From NCBI GenBank assembly GCA_964304625.1, contig OZ199839.1:2573587-2637586 (forward strand): DNA of 64,000 nt, in the 5' to 3' direction. The stretch is from Kudoa neothunni. Lineage: Eukaryota > Animalia > Cnidaria. A program made the position numbers and the translations under genes. Shown piece by piece: positions 24,254 to 36,324 of this stretch. Below the pieces are notes generated by a model. It was not told where the DNA came from, did not search any database, and saw only the letters and a list, made by a program, of their open reading frames with translations. The stretch's first letter is position 1. The number at the start of each line of letters is the position of its first letter.

Positions 24254-25610
24254 ACGAAATTATATTATCCGATTATATCTAATATTTAGACATTCGTGAA
24301 TACGATCTATTCAATTAACAATTCATTTTCTGAATAGAATTTTATAGTTAAAATTTATTCAAACTTGGATATTACTGATAACTAAGTGCATATTAGATGA
24401 ATTCTTGAACATATTAAAATAACAGCAATCGTATATAATTGTATAAAGAAATGCTTTATCATTTAAAAATGACGCCCAAATTAGAAAACGACATCTACAC
24501 AAGTCATTATTTAAAGAATTAAATTTTTGATACTTATTCACTTTATAGAAATATATAAAATACATTTTTTTAATGTTACATAAAATAATCAAAATAAAAC
24601 AGTCCTTTCTGAGCGAGGGAAATTGCAAAAAATCAATCACTTTTATACGATTTACACACATACACATTGTTTTAATATCACCTTTTGGATATAAAATAGT
24701 TTAATTCATTCACTGAAAATAAAATATCTTGCTGTGAAAATATATTATTAATATTTTGAAATATGAGAACACTTATTTTAATTTGAAATATTTAACATTA
24801 TTTTTATATTTCGCGTAACATTTCATAAAATATTTAAACCTTTAATTTATTATCATCTTATTGTTAGTTTGACAAAGTAGACTCATTAATTACCTAAATA
24901 TTTACGGTAGAATATCCTGAACACAATTGTTTGAGCTCTCTATTTGGAAGTGATAGTTGGATCATCTACGGCGGCTTCGCCATAAAAATTAATTAACTAT
25001 ATAAGGTTACTTTTAATTTATAGGATCCACAAATAAGCGGTAAATGAGATGATATACGCTCTTTGATCCTATTTATTTCATTTATTTAATTTCTTTGGAT
25101 TGCTTTCATTGAATTCAGTTACATTCGCCTTAACGTAGATAATCGATATTACCGCAATTAATAATACTTAGAAAAATGGAAACAGTGAATATTGAAAACT
25201 ATCTTACAATTCTTCCTTTTTTTTAATTCCATTAGACATGTTAGATTATGGCATGTTAATTTGCAGTATCATAATAATTTTCGCTCCTCCCACGGGAAGT
25301 TTACCATATAAAATTTTTATTTTACGTTTATCAGCAATATCAGCGTTTTTAGAGCATTTATTAAGAATTAATTATATCAATCAATAATCAATGCCCCCTC
25401 GAAAAACTACATATAGCTTTTTAACCACGTTATTTATATTTTGACCCTTTATTATATTTCTGATTGGCTTAAAATTCTAAAGGTAATCTAGAATTAAAGT
25501 AATGTCAATTTTTTATTTAATATTTATAAAATATGGACTATTTTTATAAAACTACGTAAACTGGTTACTTGGTCAATCTTAAAACAAAAGGTCATAACGA
25601 TGTAGTTTTC

Positions 25611-27479
25611 GTAATAGGGTAGGATGTGACACCTAAAAAACACCCTTCGGCGCTTAGTTTTTTCGCCGATTCATTCACGAACATTCATAATAAAATAAAA
25701 AAGTATCGAGAGGAAGTATTCAGCTAATTATTGTAACATTTAATTTTGGTACAAAATCCCTAATACAACACCGTCACCACACCTGAAATCTTCGTTAAGT
25801 TTCCAATAACCAATGAAAACCAATCTTATTGTACACACATTAACTTCTACCTTCATCATACGCCTCGATAACATCTTTTTGAATGAAATATTTGATTTAA
25901 ATAACAAAATATAAAATATTTAAGCGAGTAGTTTATCGAATTTCTCGCGCGCTAGAGAAAATGAGTTGAGTTTTATTAACGATGACAATTTTTTTATTGA
26001 TTAATCATCTCATTAAATTATTTAATATACATATAGAGAAATAATATCTGCTTCTTCTTCATTTTAAATGTAACAAATGTTACAGATTCAACTGTTTTTC
26101 CCTCACCAAAAGGAATTTGAACGTCCAAGGGCCAATACCTAAAATTAAATCTCATTAAAGGAATGATGCGTATTATTGATTCAGTTATTATTTTAATATG
26201 AAGTTATTTATATCTAAATACTAGACTCGAAATTCGAAGATGTAAAACTAGGGTATCTCCACGAAATGAAACATCCTTTTCAGGTTTGAATTTGTTTCAT
26301 CCCTCCCCAAATACAACGGTGAATAAAATATATAAAATTATTTACAATTGGAGCATGGTTAAAAATATTTTATCCGCCTCCGAAAATATTAATTTGATCG
26401 CGAAAACAGTGGGGTATGGTTTAAAAAAATATGAAATATTTGCGCTTCTAATTTTCTTCTGCGAATACAATCTGGTGTCAAAGGGTATGTTATTGAGATT
26501 GATGAGACGCTTCTTCGCAGGAAGCGCAAAAATAATCGAGGTCGGTATTTAAAGGGAGATTATCGGAAAACAGTCCAAACCGCAGAATTTAATGAAGAAT
26601 TAATGTTAAATTTTACATAATATAATGTTAAACAAACCGGTAAAATAGTAAAACCCCTTAGCCATAAAAAAACAAATTTATTTATCAATTTTCCCCAAAA
26701 ATTAAGTACATAATAGCATAAAAGGTTTGAAATATAAACGTTAGTTTTAAAAATATGAAAATAGAATAAACATCCAATTAAATGATCATACATACCTGAA
26801 AAATGAAATGAAAAGTGTTTTATATATTTTATATTATATTACTAAATTCCTATTTACGTTGTTTCTTTTATTATGTATGTTAGCTTCCGTTAAGAATGTT
26901 TCTTTAAAAACTGATTGTTAAAAAATTTTGTTGACAGATATTAAACGCAACGAAGATTGAAGATTCATTGTAATGTCGCTATAAAAATTTCATGATACAA
27001 GTTTTACGATAAAATTATTATAACATTTTTTATAATTAAAATAAATTAATCCAAAAAATGTATGAACCACGAAAAGTGATAATTTATTGTAATTTCCTTT
27101 TAAAAGGTTCATAATCGGCATACCGATTATGAGAGAGAAGATAATTTATAAAAGATGTGTAAAGGTTTAATTAAACGACTGAGTCGTATAATTATGGAAC
27201 GACCCATCCCAACAAATGTTATTAAGGCGTATAATAAATGCAGAAGTTATTTTATGCGCAATAAAGTATGTTTTCATTGGTTATTGGAAACTTAACGAAG
27301 ATTTCATGCGTGTCAATGGCGTTATATTCGAGATATGCACCAAAATTGGATGTTGCCATAATTAGCTAAATATTTCTTCTCGGTATTCTTTTATTTTAAC
27401 ATTAACATTCTTAAAAAAATAGGCAAAAGAACGTTGCGCAGAAGGGTGTATTTTAGGTGCCACATCCCACCCTATTATC
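25611..27479. mobile_element. Non-autonomous Mutator-like (MULE) element
   Basis: ~215-bp imperfect TIRs (25611-~25830 versus ~27268-27479) and a perfect 9-bp TSD gtagttttc (25602-25610 and 27480-27488). Confidence 0.88.
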
Positions 27480-28578
27480 GTAGTTTTCAAATGTTGTGCA
27501 CCAGTGAGATTAGAAAGAATATTATATTGATTTTATAATAAAATCAATTTTTATTTTATTATTAATGTAAAATATTTAATTGTTAAATTTTCTATGTCCA
27601 TTATGAATTTTTTACCATTTAATAAAATATTTAAATACTTTGTATTATGAAGTCAAATTCGGTTCTCGCTTATCCTATTATTCATTAATATCGGTGAAAT
27701 GATAAAAACATTAAATATATGTTTTCTAATTCATGTTTCAAAATGATACCAATTCTTATTTTAGTTACATTAAAATTATTTATGAGCAAAAACAAAGAAT
27801 TTTACAAAGGACGTCTATGATTACGTCCAAAACTATTACAATTTATTCTCTAGCTTATTTATTCTGTTATAAAATCGAATACTAATATAATCTGGCTAAT
27901 GTATTATTATAACTCCATTTGGATTTATATGGGAATAATTTAATAAAGAAAATTATAATAATATTATGAAAATATAATATTTCCCATCTAAATAAGGGTC
28001 ATTCCATAAGAAATATGACAATATCATCATGTGAGTTTCAATGATTACAATGGCCCAACATTTTTTATTTGTTAATTTATGTCTTAATTATTTCTTTTTA
28101 CTAAAAATATTTTTTTATCCCAGGTTTATTAATAGAAAAACGCCTTTAATTATTGGACTAATATATAAAATATTGTTCAATATGATAAACATCTTAAAAT
28201 TGTAATTTTATGGTTAAAATAAAATCACAACTCCTTCATGTAATTAATACACATGTAATATTAAACATCATTATTGATCTTATATTTGTGTTGCACAGAT
28301 TAAGCTTATTCGTTTTAAGATTCATGGAGAAATTTTAAATCATAGACAATTTTCCTGTTATCGCATTAGTTTTACTAATGGATTAATATTTTAATTTTAT
28401 ATATATTAATAAAACTTTCAGTTATATGATGACGATTATTCAATATCTTTAATTTGAATAATTTATTAGATGTTGATTGTTATTCTATAAATTATTTTAA
28501 TACAATAATAAAAGACAACATCCGAATATTTTAATTATTCAAAATCTGTCTATATTTAACAAAATTTAGATTACGTTA

Positions 28579-29733
28579 CTGGGTTTTGCGTTCAAATCCG
28601 GATAACATTTTAATTTTTTTCGGGGTGTTACCGAAATTATTTACTTAAACCGCTACATGTCGAACAGTATTAGTGACATAATTCCCGGCGAAGTAGAACA
28701 CAGCAACGAAAAACTGCAATTGGTTATTGATGCGGTGATTCTTAATGGTAAATCACAAGCCGAAACTTCCAGAGATTTAAATGTTCCACGCTCGACCGTA
28801 GATGACAGTAAAACTTTATGATGTCGAGGCAAGAACATTTAAGATCTCAAAGGGAGGCTCTGTCAATGTGACACTGACTGAAGAACATAAGCAACGTCTT
28901 CTTGATATCATAGAAGACGATTGCACAATAACTCCACAATCTATGCTCGAAAAGTTAGATTTGCCGGTTCATAGAAAAACGGTTTGGAGATGGCTCAAAG
29001 CACTCAAAATAACTTTTATAATGACCCGCCCTATTCCAAAAAATTGGAACTGTGCGGAAGTAAAATCGGAGCGTAGCTGCTATGCAAATTGGTATCATGA
29101 GCTTCCTCTCGACATACACTACAAAGATTAAATTTTTGTCGACGAAAGTCGCTTTTCGCTCCGCAAGCTATGTTCTCATGGGCGTTCGCAAGTGGGAAAC
29201 ACACCAAAGCCAATGGTGCAAAACAGTAGGGGACGAAATGTCACTATGATCCTCGCCGTCAATGCCATTAGCGTGGTTAGTTATGAGGCTGTGCTTGGTG
29301 GTGTGAATCATGTTTTGTTCCTAGAATTCTATGATGAATACCCTTACGGTTTTCACTATTTACCGAGGTATTCGCCATTTCTAAACCCCTGCGAAGAGGT
29401 TTTTTCCCAAATTAAAAGTAACGTTCGCAGAAGCGGACCATTAGGGAGGACCAATGATCTGTTCGGGAGAATGGAGAATGCCTCTTATTCTGTCACAGAA
29501 ACGCACTTAAAAAATTATTTCCAAGCATTTTATTTGTTTATTGTCGGAATTTATTCGCTTATTACTTAATTAGTAAACTTTTTTAATTTATATAAGTAAG
29601 AATTTGCTTTCAAAATATCACGAGTTAGAATAACGAATGAACGTTACATTAATCGAAAAAATTACTCAAAATAAATAATTTATTGAATCCGAATTCAGGT
29701 GCAGTATTGTCCAGATTCGAGTGCAAAACCCGG
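28579..29733 (+). mobile_element. Tc1/IS630-type transposon with degenerate transposase
   Basis: TIRs ctgggttttgcgttcaaatccgga / tccagattcgagtgcaaaacccgg, TA TSD. Motifs FVDES and YLPRYSPFLNPCEEVFSQIK. Confidence 0.92.
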
Positions 29734-29927
29734 TATAAACAATACAAAGTCTAAAATTTTACATATTATATAGTCATATGGGAATATGTTTTATGGTGCA
29801 ATTAAGTACCAATACTGTTAATCCAAACTTTCAATAACCGGTCAAAACCAGAAATAAAACTAAGATTTGTGGTCACAAATGAATAAATGTTTTGATAATA
29901 ACTCTATAAATTTGTTTAAAAAATGCA

Positions 29928-32554
29928 TTATCTGATCCCTTTGCTCGAAGCCACCTTCTTGCGATAGATAACCAAGTAATAAAATAGTCCTGCAGCGACA
30001 CATAGCATCGCTCCAACAACAGAACCACTATTAAAATTGTTAACAATTCTATTCAGAACAATTTTACGATATAATCCCAGCCACTTTCATACTAAATCTA
30101 TGTTAGATTATTACAAAAATTATATTTTTACTGGTTAGAGTCAGCTTTTGCAATGACATCTGGTGCTAAATATACCGATTTTTCAATTATAGTTCATATG
30201 TTTATATATTTACTAAAAAGTATATAATTATAAAATTACGAAGTCCAAATATTTATGAGAAATGAATTATGTAATTTTATTATTAGAATATGAATAAATA
30301 GCTTACCCTTTGGTTGTGGCACGCGTGACTTTTGTGGTCGATGGAGCTAATTTTCAATTTAAAACAAAATAAAGAAATAATCTAACTGATGATTACTAAA
30401 TAAATATATAATAATTCAGTCGTTTATTAAACATGATTACCTTGTAGTATCTGTCACACTCTCACCTTCTATAGAATGATTGCATTTCAAATAAACAATT
30501 AAAAATACCTTTTCTCACAATATATATTGTCTCTCCATGCATGTATTTTTCAGGTTTCACAATTAATTTGTATGATTTTTCGGATGAGACACCAGTATAT
30601 GTGATTGAGTCGCATTTTGTTTCGCAAACTGCACTGGCCGTAGATGTCGCAGGGCACGGATTCCCCACTATTTTAGGTGTTGTAGCATCTGTAATATCAA
30701 TCAATGTATTAGAGCATTTTATTTCTGCCATATTTCTTGATGGATTCATAGCTCCGACAAACTTTATGGTCCCGCCATTAAACGAATGTGTTATGGTTAA
30801 TGTTGCACCATCTAATGAAAAGGTTAAATTGAAAAATAAAACGAGAATTACCTGTTATCAATTCTTCAACTATTTTATCACTTTTTGTGCTATCAAATTT
30901 TATCATCACGGAGTATTGTGTCCCGCGCCCCAATCTTTCGAGTTCAACTTGTTCAGAACACATTACTCTGCAAGGGAACCTTCCATTGCAATGTACATCA
31001 GTGTAAAAACTTTGCCATTCAGTCTTTATCTTAATTAAACAAGAAATTTTATCATTGTTCTCGGCCATTGGCTGCAATCGCATTCTTGTATCCATAATGT
31101 TTATTTTATTACTTTCAAGTTGGATTGCATCTCCGCCTAAGTGCTAATTTTAAATTTTCACTAAAATTTATTGACTTGTTTTTAAGTAATATTCAAACGT
31201 TGTAGTTTCTGTTTCACCATTTTTTGCTTCAATCATTATTACATAAGTTGTTCCAGCACTTAAGTTTGTAACACTTTTACTGTCACAAGTGGTTGTGCAC
31301 GTTTCTTGTGAGCATTGTGGTGTTTTTCTTGTGGCTGTTGGATCAAGGGCCTTTCTTACATAAACTGTACAACTAATAGCGCCATCTGTACCAGACGATA
31401 ATTTCATATGTGTTAAATCTAAAGTAAAACCAGTGTCTGAAAGTGCGGTTGGGACTATTCCATTGTTTGCAACTATAACAAAGTTAATCATCCTTCCTTT
31501 AAATTTTTATACTTGTGTAGGTTTTAATTGGATCTACTTCCTTGGTCACTTCACGGATAAAAACAGATCCTAATTGGAAGTTTGCATCAGCTATCATTAC
31601 CACCTCAGTACATGGATTAATACATGACGTTACACTTGATCCACATTTTTTCACATATTCATTATTTCCTGCACTTTGTTTTTGTATCCTAAATTCGCAG
31701 AGCTTATCAGGTTTTTGATTCAGGATTGCAATTTTATATTTATCATCTGATTCTTTTGCCATTGTGAAGAAAAATTCAGAAAATTCAGAGGCCTTTTTTG
31801 TGAATTCATTATTTACATAATAAACAAAAATGGGGAAGTAATCGCCGCATTCTATAGTATAATCGTAACGATAGGTTATTAAACTTGCTTTCAAAGTAGC
31901 TTGACCCGCTGATTCACAATTATCACTTTCTCCTGATTTCGCAATCTCAATACCATCTGTGTTTAGTTTGCATTCAGATATTGGGCATAACATTTTGTAA
32001 TTAAACTTGACTTTTTCATTTTCTTTTTGTACAGTTATATCTGGATTCAGAACATAGCCTAAGTATAGTTAAGATCATCGAAAATCTAAATTATGTTCTA
32101 TATTTAGATTACTTTTTGGTATCACAAAAACCTTTTTAAAATTAGGATTAGATTCAGCCTTTTCTTTTGTATCAGCAAATTTAATTAAAACAAAGGTTGC
32201 AGAAAAAGAAGCAATTTTGATCTCCAGGTTTTCTGTCGTACATGGCACAACGCATATACCGATTTTTTCAGTGTTTAAACAAGGAAAATCTTCGTAAGCA
32301 ATTTTTTTTTCATTGTTGATTTTAGAAAGTTGTATGTGACATATAAAATTGGCATCAAAATTTTTTAGCGATATTTTAATTTTATTTCTATTATTTGACT
32401 CTTCGGTGATTCCATACTCAAGGAAATTTGATTTTATCGTTGGTGAAACATTTAACGAATCTAAACATATCCATGTGTATATATGTAATATAAATTAATC
32501 AAACTAACAAAGTATGAAGGTTGAAAAAGTCACAACTGACAGAAGAAGTCGCAT
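29928..32554 (-). CDS. Array copy 4: FN3-like type I membrane protein (11 exons)
   Basis: Start MRLLLSVVTFSTFILYSLN. Exon 2 is open but absent from the ORF track. Pieces 31499-31993, 31168-31491, 30778-31095 and 30462-30749; TM exon; stop at 29928-29930. Confidence 0.85.
30166..30441 (-). other. Two [D1,2] twin introns, copy 4 (A 30441-30347, inner 30440-30396; B 30307-30166, inner 30306-30213)
   Basis: Outer donors GTAATC and GTAAAT after inner excision; exon 30346-30308 is 39 nt. Confidence 0.82.
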
Positions 32555-32674
32555 TATGATTGAAACCAACTTAATACGATATTTATTATTCACGAATACC
32601 ACTCGATTCAATTGGTAATGAATTTTCGGACAAGTCGTTAAAATGACGAGAGTATATGAAAATAAAAATTTAAA

Positions 32675-32713
<39 letters not shown>

Positions 32714-32841
32714 TGACATCATTAGAAATATATTTTCAAATGTTTTAAATTATATCGATATTTTGATAAAATTTAACTTGTTAGGCACAACTTTAGTATT
32801 AAAAATATTTATTTCTGTAAATAAATAAAAATTAAATTTAA

Positions 32842-33717
32842 CCCTTAGGGGGCGGAAAGGGTATTTTAGTAACTCCAATTATTTTATTTTTCGAAATTTC
32901 TATTTTACGTTTTCATTTTCTCCATAATTTTTCATGGAATTTTTTTAATATTAACTAATCTTTAAATCAAACTAACAAAAAATTATTTTCTTAGGGATAT
33001 AAAATAATAGACTACTTTTTCAAACCCGAACCAATAGTATTTAGTGTTTAAAGGCCATTGATTCTGATATATATATATATATATTATATATTTCATTTTA
33101 ACCAAAAAATAATTCCTAAATGAATAAAAGTAATGAGAATATTACTAAGTTTGGATTTTATTCTCTACCGGAAGAATACGAAAAGCTTGGAGATTATTCT
33201 AAGATTATTATAAGGCACGAGCGTCCATCATAATGTATTAATTTTGAATGTATTGATCGATTATTATTTAATTTCGTTCCTAATTGGTTTTTATTTTTAC
33301 TATAGAATTAAAATTATAACAGAAAAGGTAGTTATTTGAAGGAAGGAAATATTCCCGCGATTTATTACCACGATCGCAAAATGAGATTAACGAAAATTTT
33401 TGGATATCTTTGTTGTGGCGGGTTTGTCGGTTGTTCCTTTCAGATGACAAATTCACTTGAATATCAACCTTGAGCTTTCCAATATTTACTTAATTGCTTT
33501 ATACAAACATAGCCCATATTTTTGAGAAATTTCTTTCATTTTTTTCCTGTCTGTTAAATACTTTTACATACGGCGTTTACTTTTATTTTAAATTAAGTAA
33601 TAACCACATAAAACAAGAGTTTTATCCCTGCGAGCGAATTAAGTTGAAAAACCCCTGGGATAATTAGGTTCCCCCTTCGACACCCGCGTAAGTTACTCGA
33701 GTTCCGGCTTCCGAATG
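32842..33717. mobile_element. Possible non-autonomous TTAA-flanked (piggyBac-like) element
   Basis: ttaa|cccttagggggcggaa ... ttccggcttccgaatg|ttaa; the inverted similarity is weak. Confidence 0.35.
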
Positions 33718-33995
33718 TTAAAAGAAATGTCGTGATAAAATAGAGATTCCATCATAAACCGTATTTCAATCTAAAAACCAGCGTATTTTTTGTTTGTAAT
33801 TTAGAACATTAATGAAATTAATGTATGTTCTTGTATTAAAATTGAAATTATTATTATTATAGTATTTAGATAATGGCTAAATTACAATAATGTAACATAA
33901 ATGCAACTAGTTAAAAGACATTTTTAAATAAATCTTACCACATAATTCTCAGTTATTTTTTTGGTTTCATCAATTTTAATTATATTAACGTAATA

Positions 33996-35276
33996 TAGAG
34001 TTTTTTGAGCATTAACGACATTTACCTATTTTTAGCTTATAAATGGGTAAAAAAAATTTTTTTCGAATAGTACAATTAAAAAAAGCAATATTGTAAATTA
34101 ATGTAATATTTATAGCAATGTATCTTAGCATCTACATGTAGTACCCAGAACAATCAGCTGAGGTAATAGTATGGAAACCGTCATCAATTAATTTTAATAG
34201 ATCTGGTTCATTTTTGGCTTCATCCCTGACAACACTATTGTTCTATTTGCTAGACACATTTTCAATAGGGTTGAGAAATGGGTAATACGGAGTTAGATAC
34301 GTCAAGGATAATTGTAATGTTTCTATGACTTCTTCAAGTCTTTGATAATGGTGTACCCCTGCATTATCTAAAATAAAGCAAGGATCTTCTACCCCATTCG
34401 TTTGACATAAACTTGAAAGCTCTGTAAGAAAAGCTTAAAAGACCTCCCTATTGACTTGCTGACGATTAATTTTATAAAAAATTACCCTGTCCTTATTCAT
34501 GGATGCTATTACTGATATATTTCTTGTTCTAACACAGGGATCAGGAATATATGCAGATGTGCCTGCGAGGGAACGACCAAACCTTGTCCTACTTGAGACA
34601 CTGAATCCAACTTCGTCAATAAAGACAAAGTTTTTCCCATCAGTCTCAAGTAGTTTTGAATTAAACTTTCGGGCATAAGCAAGACATTGTCCCAAGGTGC
34701 TATCACAATTTCTCCTTCGCGGAACAATTGTTGCTGTTTTTAGCGAGTAATGGGATTCGCCTAAGTATCTATTAAAAATACTCAAGTTAACATTCTCGCC
34801 GCATTCGTCTATCAGTTTTTTCCGCAATGCTTTCAAGATAATCGTGGCTTCTTCATCTACCCAACTTCATACCATTGACTTTTCATTGCTATTAAGTTTT
34901 GTGGAATAATCTCCACCTCGTTTCTTAGATTCAACTTTCCCGTCAATTAGATTTAAATAAACAATTGTGGCGACCATGGTTCTTTTAAGTTCTACATTCT
35001 CAGCAATAAAAGAGTCACTGTATCCTTTTTTTGCTTTGCTTAATTATCATTCGCCTTGTATCGTTTGGTACTGATTGCCTTTTATTTTGTCTAGTAGGAG
35101 GTATTATTTGAGAATTGTTTGTGTTAATTTGAAGTTTAATCAGTTACATATTCTCAAATAATGTTAATTATTTAACCATTCGGCATATATTTAATAACGT
35201 CAAGATCGCCAGGATATATCAGTAACTCAAGTGTCGTTAAGGTTTGATACAGTGTCGTTAAAGCTCTAAAACCCTA
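33996..35276 (-). mobile_element. Tc1/IS630-type transposon with degenerate transposase
   Basis: TIRs tagagttttttgagcattaacgaca / tgtcgttaaagctctaaaacccta, TA flanks. DDE motifs FIDEVGF, ILDNAGVHH and YPFLNPIEN. Confidence 0.9.
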
Positions 35277-35894
35277 TATATTGGTAAATTCATACGTTAT
35301 TTTCTTCGATATTAGTTACAATGGCTGATTTTGTTATCAAAAATATGCTTCACACAAGTTTAACTAATATTGACCATGTAAATTTATTACATTTACTAAT
35401 TAATTATTAATTTACATCTGAAATATAAAGAATAAATTCTTATATATCATTTTGTTCAATTATTGTTCACGCTTCCGAACTATTATATTTATAAACAAAT
35501 TTAACTCTAGTTAAATAAGGATAATACGGAAATAGTTTCTATATTATGGAATTTTTGGAATAGATAATATTGGGAAAATTTAATAATGAATAAATTAAGT
35601 TTAAATATTAATATGTTTTTGTTACGTACAATTCTTGTCAAACTCTATAGAATTAAGTAATAATTACTAATTGAATTATCCCAAGTGGATATGATTTTCT
35701 TTTTGTAATATATTATTTCTATGAAAACGTATACATCAGTTGGAAGTCAATTTTTATGTTTTATTTCTCATTAGGTTGAATTTATAAGAAACAAAATTTA
35801 ATTAAAATATATTAATTAACATTTTACGTTTTTATAATAATTAGATAATAACAGATATATTCTGTGATAATTGATACAAAAAATTAATAATATA

Positions 35895-36147
35895 CAGTTG
35901 GTGACGGGTTGTGGGCACTAAAATGGGAATTGGGTTCGAGGTGCCCACGACCCGTCAAATGCCCTCGAGCCGTAAATTTGGACTAATTCATATATACAGC
36001 GAAATAAAACAAAAATTAAGTTTATAATAATTTATTATAATTGTTATTCTTTTATTCGATTCATTATAATTAGTAACAGTATTGTTTAAGTCATTAAATC
36101 ATAACAGGTACCCACGAGTGGTAGTGCGCACGAGCCGTCACCTACTT
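35895..36147. mobile_element. ~250-bp MITE inserted in the 3' flank of copy 5
   Basis: TIR cagttggtgacgggttgtgggcacta / tagtgcgcacgagccgtcacctactt. Confidence 0.7.
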
Positions 36148-36324
36148 ATACATATATTAGAATATATTTTATGGTAGAATTAAGTAACAACAAAAATAAT
36201 ACAAAATTTAAATAACCTATAAAAACCAAGAATAAAACTTAGCTTATTGATAAACCGTATATAAATACGTTGATAATAATTCTATCAATATATTTAAAAA
36301 AAATTCTGACGTATAAAAAATTTA

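Noticed and set aside
30541-31038. Repeated plus-strand ORFs (30541-31038, 36942-37439, 37665-38126, 57821-58105 and others)
   Set aside because: Antisense shadows of the minus-strand exons; their recurrence reflects paralogy.
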